A DNA stretch of 64,000 nucleotides from assembly GCA_963813025.1 (NCBI GenBank), contig CAWEXO010000011.1:864001-928000 (forward strand), read 5' to 3'. Under the pieces are notes generated by a model. It saw only the letters and a program-made list of their open reading frames with translations, had not been told where the DNA came from and searched no databases. Position numbers and translations under genes: made by a program. This DNA is from an uncultured Verrucomicrobiae bacterium. GTDB lineage: Bacteria; Verrucomicrobiota; Verrucomicrobiia; Chthoniobacterales; JAFAMB01. This document shows positions 12,894 through 22,932 of the stretch, piece after piece; the stretch's first letter is position 1; each line of letters starts with the position of its first letter.

Positions 12894-12925
12894 CGGCCGC
12901 CCGTTCCGCTGTCTACCGTTTGAGA

Positions 12926-13771
12926 ATGGATTTTCTGCTTGGCCATTCCCCTGATCCAGATGACGCGTTCATGTTCTATGCTCTTGCGCAGGACAAGATC
13001 GACACCCGAGGCCATCACTTCCGGCATATCCTGCAAGACATCGAAACCCTGAACCAGCGCGCGGCTCGAGGAGAGTTGGAGATTTCCGCGGTTTCGATTC
13101 ACGCTTACGCTTACCTGGCCGATAAGTACGTCCTGCTGCCCTGCGGCGCGAGCATGGGAGACGGGTATGGCCCGATGCTGGTGACGAAACAAGAACCGCC
13201 GTCAGCCTCGCAGAATGTTCCGAATTGGTTGCGCGGCAAACGCATCGCTATTCCTGGAAGACGCACCAGCGCTTATCTTGCTCTTTGCCTTTTCGCGGGA
13301 GAGTCAGAAACGGTGACCGTGCCGTTTGACGAGATCTTTGCTTACGTGAATAAAGGTGATGCCGACGTCGGTCTGATCATCCACGAAGGACAGCTAACCT
13401 ATGCGGGGCAGGGTTTTCGCCTTATTCTCGACTTGGGAGCCTGGTGGAAGAAAGAGACTGGCCTTCCGCTGCCGCTCGGCGGAAACGTGATTCGCAAGGA
13501 CATACCGCCCCGCATACGAAAGGAGGTGTCGGAGATCTTGCAGGAAAGTATTGAATACGGTCTCCGGAACCGGCGAGCCGGCGTTGAGCATTCCATGCCT
13601 TTGGCTCGCGGACTGAGCCTGGCCCAGGCCGACCAGTTCATTCGGATGTATGTCAACGATTATACTCGCGATTATGGTGACACCGGACGGCAGGCGATCC
13701 GGGAATTCTTCTTTCGCGCCGGAAAACAGGGATTTCTCCCGATGCCGGTCATTCCCGAGTTTGTTGAATAA
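12926..13771 (+). CDS. mqnD: MqnA/MqnD/SBP family protein, 1,4-dihydroxy-6-naphthoate synthase (futalosine menaquinone pathway)
   Basis: GHSPDPDDAFMFYAL, DIETLN, GASMGDGYGP, IIHEGQLTY, LPLPLGG, MYVN. Confidence 0.85.
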   Translation: MDFLLGHSPDPDDAFMFYALAQDKIDTRGHHFRHILQDIETLNQRAARGELEISAVSIHAYAYLADKYVLLPCGASMGDGYGPMLVTKQEPPSASQNVPNWLRGKRIAIPGRRTSAYLALCLFAGESETVTVPFDEIFAYVNKGDADVGLIIHEGQLTYAGQGFRLILDLGAWWKKETGLPLPLGGNVIRKDIPPRIRKEVSEILQESIEYGLRNRRAGVEHSMPLARGLSLAQADQFIRMYVNDYTRDYGDTGRQAIREFFFRAGKQGFLPMPVIPEFVE

Positions 13772-13993
13772 GAAACGATTGGCGCCCGCGAGCGCCAGCA
13801 GCGCTAGAGACAGGCCAACGCCGGTCAGGAGATCTCCCCGAGAACGGGACATGATAGAGCGGGACTCATGTAGAGCTGGGACGCCGTCACGAATGCCGGT
13901 TGGAGTCGGCACAATCGCTCGATGGTGGGATTTCATTGGTTGGACCTGCGTTTGCCTTTTTGATGAGCGCTGGAGTTACCCACTTCCAAGACT

Positions 13994-14052
13994 GCTCCTC
14001 CGTCGCTAAAGGTTATGGCGGACACGGTTAAACAAGTTCTCGCCTGGCGCTC
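13994..14052. repeat. Copy of the modular REP-like repeat (partial module A plus module B)
   Basis: Reverse complement aligns with 44476-44529; 14030-14052 matches 17790-17812 at 22/23. Confidence 0.75.
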
Positions 14053-14121
14053 ATCCGCCAAGGCGGATCGCCCTGGCAACCCCGGGGCCAAAGGCTCGTC
14101 GCGATATGAATCAGTCCGATT

Positions 14122-14463
14122 TTAACGCCGGAAAAACAGATTAGCAGCCGACTCGTGCGCCTCGGGGGGGCAAGGAGCATTCGTTGGAACATCTGTGGCT
14201 TGCGAGCTTTGGCTCACCAACCCGTTTCCAATGAGGTATTCCTCAACTTCTTCACCGCTGACATCGGCGAGCATCTCGCCATTGATTTCGATGCAAGGCG
14301 AGAGCGGCTGCCCGCTTTTCTGCTCCATCTCCCAGCGAAAGGCGGGATTCTTGATGATATCCTTTTCCTCGTAAGGCAGGTCGTACTTTTTCAGAACAGC
14401 GCGTACGCCGTTACTCCAGCCGCACGAGGTTTTCAGGTAGGCTACAATTTGCGGTTTATCCAT
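14122..14463 (-). CDS. Glutaredoxin-like protein (monothiol CGWS)
   Basis: YLKTSCGWS, SGQPLSPCIEING thioredoxin-fold pattern. Confidence 0.8.
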   Translation of the reverse strand: MDKPQIVAYLKTSCGWSNGVRAVLKKYDLPYEEKDIIKNPAFRWEMEQKSGQPLSPCIEINGEMLADVSGEEVEEYLIGNGLVSQSSQATDVPTNAPCPPEAHESAANLFFRR

Positions 14464-14526
14464 AAAGCTCAGTAAAGATCACAGAAAAGAGACGGTCGGC
14501 AAGTACGGGCCTCGTTTGCTACTGAT

Positions 14527-16207
14527 TTATCTTTTCCGGTCGCTTGGCCGGTACTCTTCTTCTGCCGCTTGGAACGCTTGCTCCAGGCCGACCATATCCT
14601 CGCCCGGCCGCAGGCTATCAAAAGCTTCACTCTCCCGGCGAAGCTCATCATCGGAGTAGTGCGCTGCCTTGATCGATAACCCGATCCGGCGTTCGGCTTT
14701 ATCCACTTTGATGACGCGCGCTTCGACTTCCTGACCCACTTTCAGAATATCCTTTACCTTTGCGACATGGTCTTCGCTCAGTTGGGAGATGTGCACCAAT
14801 CCGTCGATGTCGTCCTGCAGCTGAACAAAGGCGCCGAAGCTGGCGAGCTTCGTGACCTTACCCTGAACCAGATCGCCGATCTTGTACTTCTGATCGATCT
14901 CTTTCCACGGATCGGACTCGAGTTGTTTAATACCCAGGCTGATCCGCTGGTTCACTTTGTCGATATCGAGAACCGATCGCCTCAATCTCGTCGTTCTTCT
15001 TCAGGACCTCGCTCGGATGGTTGATTTTGCGGGTCCAGCTCAGATCCGAGACGTGGATCATGCCATCGATGCCTTCCTCGAGTTCAACAAAAGCGCCGTA
15101 GGCCGTCATGTTGCGGATCTTGCCTTTGACCGTTGACCGATCACATATTTGTTCTTCGATTGCGTCCCACGGATTCGGCTCGAGCTGGCGAACGCCGAGA
15201 GAGATTTTCTGCTCCTCTTTATTTACGCCGAGAACGACCGCCTCGATCTCCTGTGCTTGAGTGAGCACATCGGAAGGCCGCGTAATACGTTTGGTCCAGG
15301 AGAGCTCGGAGACGTGAATGAGACCCTCGACTCCTTCTTCGATTTCCACAAAAGCGCCGTACGGCACGAGATTCGTTACTTTGCCGTTTACCTTCGCGCC
15401 GACCGGAAATCGCTCCTCGATTTTGTCCCACGGATTGCGTTGGGTCTGCTTGAGTCCAAGAGAGACGCGCTCTTTTTCCTTGTTGATATCGAGGACGACG
15501 ACGTCGAGTTCCTGTCCGATCTTTAGCAACTCGCTTGGATGGGTGAGCCGGCCCCAGGTCATATCGGTGATGTGCAACAGGCCATCCATCCCGTCGAGGT
15601 CGATAAACGCGCCGAAATCGGTCAGATTTTTGACCGAACCGTTCACAGTGTCGCCGATCCGAACATTTTCGAGGAATCTCGCGCGTTTCTCTGCCCGCTC
15701 TTGCTCGATAATCTCGCGCCGGCTGAGGACGACGTTTTTTCGTTCGTCGTTGATCTTGACAATCTTAAAGTCGTAGGTGTTCCCGACAAATTGCTGAAGA
15801 TCCTTCGGAGGAACAATATCGATCTGTGAACCGGGCAAAAATGCTTCCACGCCGATATTAACGGTCAAGCCGCCTTTCACCACCGGCTTGACCTTGCCTT
15901 TGATCAGGCCATCGCCCTGAAAGACTTTGACGATTTTGTCCCAGTTTTGCTTGTGGGCCGCCTTTTCCTTGGACAGGACGACCATGCCGTCCTCGTTCTC
16001 CAGCCTTTCCAGCAGCACTTCAACTTCGTCGCCGACCTGCACGTCTTCGCCATCATCGAACTCGGAGGTGGGAATAACGCCCTCGGATTTGTACCCAATG
16101 TCCACGAGTACTTCGCGCGGACGAATCTCCAGAATGCGGCCCTTTACGATGCTGCCTTCTTTAAAATCGCGCAGGGACTTCGCGATTAGCTCCTGCATTT
16201 CAGTCAT
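14527..16207 (-). CDS. rpsA: 30S ribosomal protein S1 (frameshifted near 14972, probably an assembly error)
   Basis: S1 repeats (DIGYKSEG, FGAFIDL..DGLLHI, YGAFVE) spread over ORFs 14927..16429 and 14527..14985; removing one G in ATC-GGTT-CTC restores EIEAIVLDIDKVNQRISLG. Confidence 0.93.
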
Positions 16208-16509
16208 AGAATTCGAAACACCAACAAACCACCGTTGCCAAACGTTTTGTCCTCTTATCTTCGGGCAGCTGCACCATGCAGCCGCCAAATGCGAAATCAG
16301 AGGGAGACGAAATGTAATCAGAATTGGGCTGACCGCAACGGCAGTTCGGGGAGAGCGACGCCAGTGGAGCGGTAATCTAGTGATCGTGACGTGCACGGTG
16401 CCCGATGGGCCCTTCAGCTTAATCTCCACTGATTAGCGGTTCCTGATCAAATGATCGGTGATACCGATGGTCCGACATTGACTCCCGGGCTTCGGTACGG
16501 ATCCATGCG

Positions 16510-16749
16510 TCACTTCATCAACAGCACCGACCGCGCGCGCTTGATTTCCCGGGTAATCTTTCGATGGAGATGCGCGGGCATGCCGGTCACCCGGCGAGGC
16601 AGGATTTTGCCGCTTTCAGTAACAAATTTCCTCAGCAGGTCCGGATTCTTGTAATCGATCGCCTCAATCGCGATATCAATCCGACGCCGGGGCATCGAAC
16701 GATTGGCCCGCCGAAAAGCAGACCGACGTTTTGCATTCTTCGGTTCCAT
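16510..16749 (-). CDS. rpsR: 30S ribosomal protein S18
   Basis: [26 protein letters not shown]...IKRAR. Confidence 0.97.
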   Translation of the reverse strand: MEPKNAKRRSAFRRANRSMPRRRIDIAIEAIDYKNPDLLRKFVTESGKILPRRVTGMPAHLHRKITREIKRARSVLLMK

Positions 16750-16753
16750 GTCT

Positions 16754-16927
16754 CTATTTTACTTCCCGATGCAGCGTGTGGCGGCGAAGGAAAGGATTAT
16801 ATTTCCGCTTTTCCAGCCGGCCTGGAGTATTGGGACTCTTCTTGTTGCGGGTGGAGACATAGCGCGAGACCGGTTTGCCGGCGGCCCTCGCTTCCGTGCA
16901 CTCCAAGGTGATGATATCCCTGGGCAT
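16754..16927 (-). CDS. rpmG: 50S ribosomal protein L33
   Basis: [12 protein letters not shown]...NKK...[21 protein letters not shown]; this is the C-terminal 57 aa of the 16754..17581 ORF. Confidence 0.95.
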   Translation of the reverse strand: MPRDIITLECTEARAAGKPVSRYVSTRNKKSPNTPGRLEKRKYNPFLRRHTLHREVK

Positions 16928-16935
16928 AAAACGAA

Positions 16936-17521
16936 CTAGTCTTTCGTCTCGGTGGTGGTTTCTTCTTCGTCCGATTCGGCGCCTATCCTCATCCGTAAGG
17001 CCAAAAAGGGAAGTGACTGGCTGCCGGATGCGCAAAGCTTTCTTCTGTTTTTCTATCTGGGTCTGGCACTCGACCGTGAAGCGCGCAAAAGGAATAGCTT
17101 CCAGGCGAGCGTGAGGGATTGCTTTGCCAGACATCTCGCATGTGCCATAGGTCCCGGCATCGACCCGCTTCAGCGCTTCTTCGATTTCGTAGAGCGCGTC
17201 TTGCTCCTGCGAGAGCAAGCTAAGAGCAAAGTCGCGGTCGTAAGCATCGCTGCCTGCATCGGCCTGATGCATTCCAAAGGCTGATGCCTCGCTGCCTTCG
17301 GCCCGGGCTCGCAAAGTGTCGCGCGAGACGCCCATCATGGAATCGAGCAAACTGTCCCGGAGCTGGAGCAGTTTTGTCTTCTGCTTCCGCAAAAATGGGG
17401 ACAGCCGTTCATCGCCGTTCGTCTCCGGGCTCTGAGCGCTCGGGGCGCTGGCGATTTCAGCAGGCTCAGCCCGGCCGTTTACAGATGCCGCGTCTTTCTT
17501 GTTGTTCTTGGATTTACCCAT
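16936..17521 (-). CDS. TraR/DksA family transcriptional regulator (one extra base near 16985 fuses it in silico to rpmG)
   Basis: [16 protein letters not shown]...[41 protein letters not shown]; the shifted frame ends [18 protein letters not shown] at 16936. Confidence 0.85.
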
Positions 17522-17578
17522 ACGTTTCAAAAACGAGTTGGTCGTGGGCGTACTACGTTTCCCCTCTGGAAGGGCGAA

Positions 17579-17607
17579 CATATACTGGCAATTGATTTGC
17601 GGTGCAA
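17579..17607 (-). promoter_or_regulatory. Candidate sigma70-like promoter for dksA-rpmG-rpsR, with a palindrome in the spacer
   Basis: Minus strand TTGCAC-N17-TATATG; spacer holds GCAAATCAATTGC. Confidence 0.3.
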
Positions 17608-17716
17608 GGGGAAAGATCGGGTCTCAAATCGGAGCGTTCACCCGCGGCCACTCAAGATCGGATCTGATGAGCACACTGGTTGTTTCGACCTTCTCTTCTA
17701 GGCGGGAGGAGTCGGG

Positions 17717-17924
17717 CAGGAATTACAGGAATTACAGGAGTTGCAGGAGTTTCAGGAGTCAAAGGGGGTCGCACTGCCCAAAACGGCTCAAACAAGCTCT
17801 CGCCTGGCGCTCGAATAATTTTCGCCCTACCGACAGAGGGCCAGGCCGCATTGCAAGCTAGGCTCTGCAAGTTGGTACCTTCAACTCCTGTGACTCCTGG
17901 ACTCCTGTAACTCCTGAACTCCTG
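17717..17924. repeat. Inverted 9-bp tandem arrays (caggagttN x5 ... Naactcctg x5) enclosing a REP-like module
   Basis: 17717-17761 caggaatta caggaatta caggagttg caggagttt caggagtca; 17882-17924 reverse-complement units; 17799-17843 matches 44444-44489 inverted. Confidence 0.85.
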
Positions 17925-18024
17925 CTCCGATTAGACCCGCTCCCCCCCTTGAGCAATGCCTTCGTAACCTTCTTCCGGCAGAAATCGTCTTTCGAGCGCA
18001 AACGCGGGCGCGCCGGCAAATTTC

Positions 18025-18040
18025 CGGCACGCCAATTGCG
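18025..18040 (+). promoter_or_regulatory. Candidate sigma54 -24/-12 promoter upstream of the RND operon
   Basis: CGGCACGCCAATTGCG has GG-N10-GC spacing and is close to TGGCACG-N4-TTGC. Confidence 0.35.
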
Positions 18041-18225
18041 TGATTAACTCGCCGATCTCGGGTGGGTAACTCCTCCCGAGGGCGGCAAACGAAAGCAGAC
18101 GGAATCATCATGAACTTCGCAAACAATCGCCCGCAATACGCACGAAAAGGGCCCGGCCGCCGCAAAACAATTTTTAATCCGCCGCTTGCGTTGCTGCGGC
18201 GAATATCTGGAGAGTAGAGGGATCT

Positions 18226-19707
18226 ATGGGTCGCAGACGTTGGCTATTTATCTTTGCTCTGCTGTTGGTCGTAGCCGGCCTGTGGTTTTTCTTCGGCCGC
18301 GCGAGCTCAGTGAAGCAAGGACCCGCCGGATCAACCCAGACGGGTCAAGTTTCCGGCCACCACGGAAACCGCCAAGGGGGATTCGGCGGCTCGGGTGGCC
18401 CCAATGCTCCGGTGCCCGTAGTTGCCGATACAGTCAAAAAACAGGATGTCCCGATTTATCTAAACGGGATTGGAACCGTGCAAGCGTTTAACTCGGTTAC
18501 CGTGCACCCGCAAGTGAGCGGTATCCTGGTCAAGGTTGATTTTCAGGAAGGGCAGGATGTCAAAAAAGGGGATCTATTGGCCGAGATCGATCCGCGTACC
18601 TACCAGGCTCAAGTTGACCAGGCAGCTGCGAAAAAGGCTCAGGATGTCGCCCAACTGAGCAACGCTCAAGTGCTGCTCGATCGCGACACGGACCTTTTCA
18701 AGAAAGGCGTGCTCGACCATCAAACGTACGATACCCAACGATTTTTGGTCGATCAGCTTGCCGCCACCATAAAAGCGGATCAGGCCGCGATCGACAACGC
18801 GCAGGTCTTGCTCGACTACACCAGGATTACGGCGCCGTTTGATGGACGTGTTGGCCTTCGCCAAATCGATGAAGGCAATTACCTTACGCCGGGATCGAAT
18901 CTGGTGTTACTCACCCAGCTGAAGCCGATATCGGTGGTCTTCACTCTACCTCAACAGAACGTGACGGACGTGAATCAGGCTTTCGCGCATGGAGCTCTTA
19001 AGGTCATTGCCTTGGATAGTTCCAATACCAAGCCTCTGGAAGACGGCACCCTGAGCGTAGTCGATAACCAGATTGACCCAACGACCGGCACCTTCAAGTT
19101 GAAAGCCACGTTCGAAAATCCGGACATGCAGCTTTGGCCCGGTCAATTTGTCAATGCGCGTCTTTTGGTCTCGACTGTGAAGGACGGCCTGGTCGTCCCC
19201 TCCTCGGTCGTGCAACGGGGTCCGAACGGCACCTACGCCTACGTCATTACTCCGGAAAAAACGGCGGAGATGCACCCGATCAAAGTCGGTCAGATTGATG
19301 GGAATCAAGCATTGATTTTGGACGGATTGCAGGAGGGAGAGCAGGTCGTGGTTGACGGACAGTACAAGCTTCAGCCGGGTGGCAAGGTCGACATTGTTGC
19401 TCCTCGGAACCCAGCAGCCCACGCATTAGCGCAATCCGATCCGAACGCAGGCGAGCTCTCGGCCCAGCCAGAAGCGCCTTCCACTTTGGGTCAGGGGGTA
19501 GGCTCAAAGATCGGCCAGGGTGGAGTTAATGGCCGCACTCGCAACTCGAACTCTTCTGGACGTGATCAGTCTTCCGGGTTAAGCGAGCACCCTGGCTCGC
19601 CAGATCCGGCAGCCGCCAGATCGAGCATCAAGCATGCTCATGGCGCGCCAGGTCTTCCCGAAAACAAGACCGGAAATCAGGCACGTCCTCAACAAGCAGG
19701 CAGCTAG
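18226..19707 (+). CDS. RND efflux periplasmic adaptor, MdtA-like, with a low-complexity C-terminal tail
   Basis: GIGTVQAFNSVTV, FQEGQDVKKGDLL, ITAPFDGRVGLRQID, QIDPTTGT, LWPGQFVN. Confidence 0.93.
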   Translation: MGRRRWLFIFALLLVVAGLWFFFGRASSVKQGPAGSTQTGQVSGHHGNRQGGFGGSGGPNAPVPVVADTVKKQDVPIYLNGIGTVQAFNSVTVHPQVSGILVKVDFQEGQDVKKGDLLAEIDPRTYQAQVDQAAAKKAQDVAQLSNAQVLLDRDTDLFKKGVLDHQTYDTQRFLVDQLAATIKADQAAIDNAQVLLDYTRITAPFDGRVGLRQIDEGNYLTPGSNLVLLTQLKPISVVFTLPQQNVTDVNQAFAHGALKVIALDSSNTKPLEDGTLSVVDNQIDPTTGTFKLKATFENPDMQLWPGQFVNARLLVSTVKDGLVVPSSVVQRGPNGTYAYVITPEKTAEMHPIKVGQIDGNQALILDGLQEGEQVVVDGQYKLQPGGKVDIVAPRNPAAHALAQSDPNAGELSAQPEAPSTLGQGVGSKIGQGGVNGRTRNSNSSGRDQSSGLSEHPGSPDPAAARSSIKHAHGAPGLPENKTGNQARPQQAGS

Positions 19708-19741
19708 TGCATCCGAAAATCCAGGTGCCGACGGTTTTTCC

Positions 19742-22700
19742 ATGAACGTTTCTGAGATCTTTATCCGCCGACCGATCGCGACCTCGCTTTTGATGGGTGG
19801 CGTCGTTCTGCTCGGTATTCTGGGGTACCGGCTCCTCCCGATCTCTTCACTGCCGACCGTCGATTTCCCGACCATCCAAGTGGTGACGCGCTATCCGGGC
19901 GCCAGCCCGGAAGTGATGACGAGCGCTGTCACCACTCCATTGGAGACGCAGTTCGCGCAGATCAGCGGGCTGACTTCGATGAACTCCACCAGTTCGCTCG
20001 GGGTCAGCACGATCACCATGCAATTCAGTCTGAACCGGGACATCGATGTGGCCGCCCAGGACGTGCAGGCCGCCATCAACGTCGCGCGGGGATATTTGCC
20101 CAGCGATCTGCCAAACCTCCCGGTCTATAATAAGGTCAATCCGGCTGACACCCCGATTCTGACGCTGGCGATCTCCTCGGATTCCATGACCATCGCCCAA
20201 GTCAACAACTTTGCGGACACGCTGCTGGCGCAAAAACTGAGCCAGGTGCCCGGGGTCGGGCTCGTGACCATCGAGGGTGATCAAAAGCCGGCTGTCCGAA
20301 TCCAGTTTAATCCGTCGGCGCTCGCATCTTTGAATCTAGGTCCGGAAGACCTGCGAAACATCGTTTCGCAGGCCAGCACCGACTCGCCGAAGGGCAGCTT
20401 TGACGGAACTCACCAATCTTACGCAATTGACGCCAACGACCAGCTCACCAGTGCGGCTCAGTACGGCCAAGTGATTATCGCGTATCGAAACAACGCGCCG
20501 GTTCGCCTGAGCGATGTCGCTAACGTTTTCGACGGCGTGGAAAACGATCAATTGGCTGCTTGGGTCGGTAAAAAGAATTCCATTATCGTCGATATCCAGC
20601 GACAGCCGGGGGCAAATATTATTCAGACGGTGGACCGGATAAAAAAACTGCTACCGCGTCTTACTGCCTCATTCCCGCCCGCGGTCAAGGTTTCAATTCT
20701 GAGCGATCGCACGGAAACGATCCGAGCGTCGGTCCGTGATGTTCAATTTACGTTGGTGCTGACCGTGGTGCTGGTCATCCTGGTTATCTTCCTGTTCCTG
20801 CGGAGACTGTGGGCCACGATCATCCCGAGTGTCGCTTTGCCCCTCTCGTTGATCGGCACTTTCGGGGTGATGTACCTGCTTGGATTCAGCCTGAACAACT
20901 TGTCCTTGATGGCCCTCACAATCTCGACCGGCTTCGTCGTCGATGACGCGATCGTGATGATCGAAAACATTTTTCGTTATGTTGAGCAGGGTGAACCCCC
21001 GTTGCAGGCAGCTTTGAAAGGTTCCCGACAGATCGGCTTTACTGTCATTTCACTGAGTATTTCGTTGATTGCTGTTTTTATTCCTTTGCTTTTTATGAGC
21101 GGGATCGTCGGCCGGCTGTTCCGCGAGTTTGCGATTACTTTAAGTGTAGCGGTGATCGTTTCGGCCATCGTTTCCCTGACACTCACGCCGATGATGTGTG
21201 CTCGCTTCCTCAAGCCGATCGACAAACAACGCGAGAGCCGTTTTTTTCAATGGAGCGAGCGCATTTTCGATTGGATGCTCCGGTTCTATGAGTCCGGCCT
21301 GCGCTGGGTTTTGCGCCACCGTCTGCTTACTTTGCTGATTGCCCTGGTTACGTTGGCCGCCACGATCTTTCAGTACATCGTCATTCCCAAGGGTCTGCTC
21401 CCCCAGCAGGATACCGGTGAGATCATCGGGGTCACCGATGCCGCCCAGGATATTTCTTTTCAAGCGATGGTCGACCTGCAGCGGCAGATAACGGACGTCG
21501 TCGGTCGAGATCCGGACGTAGCGGGAGTGGCTTCCTTTGTCGGCGCCGGAACGGTGAACCCCACCATGAATACCGGACGGGTCTACATCGTGTTAAAGCC
21601 GCGGGAACAACGAACGGCGAGCGCCGACCAGATCATTGCGAGATTGCGTCGGGCGACGCAGCAGGTCCAGGGGATCTCATTATACATGCAGTCGGTCCAG
21701 GATCTGCAGATCGATACCCGGGTGAGCCGAACTCAATATCAATATGTTCTTCAGGATACCAACGCTGGTGAACTTGCCGAATGGACTCCGAAACTTCTAG
21801 CAGAACTCAGAAAACAACCTGAGCTGACCGATGTAGCCAGTGACCAGCAATCCAACGGACTAGAGCAGGTTATCGACGTCGATCGGCAGAAAGCTTCGCG
21901 TCTCGGAGTGCAAATCGCGGCTGTCGATAACGTGCTTTACGATAGTTTTGGTCAGCGCCAAGTGTCGCTGATCTTTACCCAGCTAAACCAATACTGGGTA
22001 GTCATGGAGGTGCAGCCCGAGTTTAAAAATTCACCTGATACCCTTAAAAAGATTTATGTAAACGCGACGGGGAACAATCCGGGCCAGGGATCAATCACGG
22101 GTGCGATTACTGCCAGCGGGCAAATCACTGCCGGGGGGCAGCAAGTGCCGCTCTCCTCGTTTGTAACTATGCGGACGACGACGGCGCCGCTTTCGATTCT
22201 TCACCAGAACTCGTTCTCAGCCTCGACGATCTCGTTTAACCTTGCCCCTGGGAAGTCGCTCGGGCAGGCGGTTGAAGCGATCAATCGGGTGAAAGCGTCT
22301 CTCGGGATGCCCGAAACGATTACGACGAGCTTCACCGGCACAGCCGCTGAGTTTCAGTCCTCGCTCAGTTCAGAACCTTGGCTCATCTTGGCGGCCATTG
22401 TCGTGATCTACATCGTTCTGGGGGTGTTGTATGAAAGTTATATTCATCCCATCACGATTCTTTCTACCTTGCCCTCGGCGGGAGTTGGGGCGTTGCTCGC
22501 CTTACAACTGTTCGGGATCGATTTTTCGTTGATTGCTTTAATCGGGATTGTTCTGCTTATCGGGATCGTTAAGAAAAACGCCATCATGATGATCGATTTT
22601 GCCCTTGAAGCGGAGCGTGAACGAGGCAAAACACCGGAGGCGTCGATCTATGAGGCGTGTCTCTTGCGCTTTCGGCCGATTATGATGACGACGATGGCGG

Positions 22701-22930
22701 CATTGCTCGGTGCGCTGCCGTTGGCCATCCAGTCAGGAACCGGTTCCGAATTACGTAAACCGCTCGGGATTACCATCGTCGGGGGCCTGCTCTTGTCCCA
22801 GGTCCTGACTCTATACACCACGCCGGTGATCTATCTTTATATGGACAAGCTAGGTAAATTCTTGAGCCGGCGACGTTCAATGCGTCCGGCTCCGAGAAGG
22901 GAGGATCTTGAGCCAGTCGGTGTGCGATGA
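19742..22930 (+). CDS. mdtB: RND efflux permease, MdtB-like
   Basis: FIRRPIATSLL, NPADTPI, GFVVDDAIV, GIVKKNAIMMIDF, LRFRPIMMTT. Confidence 0.9.
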   Translation: MNVSEIFIRRPIATSLLMGGVVLLGILGYRLLPISSLPTVDFPTIQVVTRYPGASPEVMTSAVTTPLETQFAQISGLTSMNSTSSLGVSTITMQFSLNRDIDVAAQDVQAAINVARGYLPSDLPNLPVYNKVNPADTPILTLAISSDSMTIAQVNNFADTLLAQKLSQVPGVGLVTIEGDQKPAVRIQFNPSALASLNLGPEDLRNIVSQASTDSPKGSFDGTHQSYAIDANDQLTSAAQYGQVIIAYRNNAPVRLSDVANVFDGVENDQLAAWVGKKNSIIVDIQRQPGANIIQTVDRIKKLLPRLTASFPPAVKVSILSDRTETIRASVRDVQFTLVLTVVLVILVIFLFLRRLWATIIPSVALPLSLIGTFGVMYLLGFSLNNLSLMALTISTGFVVDDAIVMIENIFRYVEQGEPPLQAALKGSRQIGFTVISLSISLIAVFIPLLFMSGIVGRLFREFAITLSVAVIVSAIVSLTLTPMMCARFLKPIDKQRESRFFQWSERIFDWMLRFYESGLRWVLRHRLLTLLIALVTLAATIFQYIVIPKGLLPQQDTGEIIGVTDAAQDISFQAMVDLQRQITDVVGRDPDVAGVASFVGAGTVNPTMNTGRVYIVLKPREQRTASADQIIARLRRATQQVQGISLYMQSVQDLQIDTRVSRTQYQYVLQDTNAGELAEWTPKLLAELRKQPELTDVASDQQSNGLEQVIDVDRQKASRLGVQIAAVDNVLYDSFGQRQVSLIFTQLNQYWVVMEVQPEFKNSPDTLKKIYVNATGNNPGQGSITGAITASGQITAGGQQVPLSSFVTMRTTTAPLSILHQNSFSASTISFNLAPGKSLGQAVEAINRVKASLGMPETITTSFTGTAAEFQSSLSSEPWLILAAIVVIYIVLGVLYESYIHPITILSTLPSAGVGALLALQLFGIDFSLIALIGIVLLIGIVKKNAIMMIDFALEAERERGKTPEASIYEACLLRFRPIMMTTMAALLGALPLAIQSGTGSELRKPLGITIVGGLLLSQVLTLYTTPVIYLYMDKLGKFLSRRRSMRPAPRREDLEPVGVR

Positions 22931-22932
22931 GG

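Noticed and set aside
13772..13993. Possible small gene or ncRNA after mqnD
   Set aside because: No convincing start, motif or stable structure visible
17586..17600. Sigma54 site TGGCAATTGATTTGC on the + strand
   Set aside because: Spacing fits, but it points into repeats 600 bp from the next gene and overlaps a candidate minus-strand promoter; recorded only as a palindrome
18081..18105. c-di-GMP-I riboswitch (ggcaaac...gaaa)
   Set aside because: Lacks the paired stem and the GACGCAAAG second half
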